A DNA stretch of 64,000 nucleotides from Octopus sinensis. Lineage: Eukaryota. This document shows, one piece after another, positions 63,720 through 64,000 of this stretch; positions within the stretch are counted from its first letter, which is position 1, and each line of letters begins with the position of its first letter. The position numbers and the translations under genes were made by a program. Below the pieces are notes generated by a model, which was not told the DNA's origin, did not search any database, and saw nothing but the letters and a program-made list of their open reading frames with translations. The DNA lies in contig NC_043010.1 of the NCBI RefSeq assembly GCF_006345805.1, positions 33,728,001 through 33,792,000 on the forward strand, read 5' to 3'.

Positions 63720-64000
63720 GAAATCACCATAACCATCACCACCACCATCGCTACCGTCATCACCAACATCGTACCCATCACTACCATTATAGCTACCATA
63801 GCCACCACCACCATCATAACTACAATGAAGACCAACACCATATTAAACTGCAAGGCCATTACTTCCCACATAACCACAACTATCATCATAATCACCATCA
63901 TCATAACCACCATCATTATAACCACTGTCACCACCACCATCGTCATAACCACAGCCATCACCATCATAACTACCACCACCGTCATAACCACCACCACCGT
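63720..64000. repeat. Imperfect (ACC/ATC)n trinucleotide tract
   Basis: Low-complexity repeat that explains the poly-Val/Met ORF. Confidence 0.95.

Overview
AT-rich, microsatellite- and transposon-dense animal DNA; the SINE, RTE and mariner families look like an Octopus-type cephalopod genome (inferred, not proven). One host gene is clearly recoverable and was missed by the ORF track: a minus-strand beta-sarcoglycan (SGCB-like) gene with six phase-compatible coding exons between 28356 and 13914, including a 31-nt microexon; its first exon is unresolved. A promoter/first-exon-like site lies at ~41.25-41.33 kb (minus) and a probable spliced exon pair at ~63.5-63.7 kb (plus). Most of the rest is mobile-element debris: tRNA-derived SINEs, RTE, Tx1/L1 and Penelope-like retroelements, solo LTRs, mariner/Tc1, hAT-, piggyBac- and Merlin-like MITEs, and a Helitron. 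The most unusual signals are: (i) a ~790-bp palindromic transposon with its own 8-bp target duplication, built from two left arms of a MITE whose ordinary form is also in the window; (ii) a three-piece, locally templated insertion with microhomology junctions; (iii) minimal hammerhead-ribozyme motifs in Penelope-type repeats; (iv) a 13-copy 42-bp minisatellite born from an RTE 3' end; and (v) many fold-back structures. All alignments, identities and folds were done by eye; repeat boundaries are approximate unless a TSD/TIR is cited.
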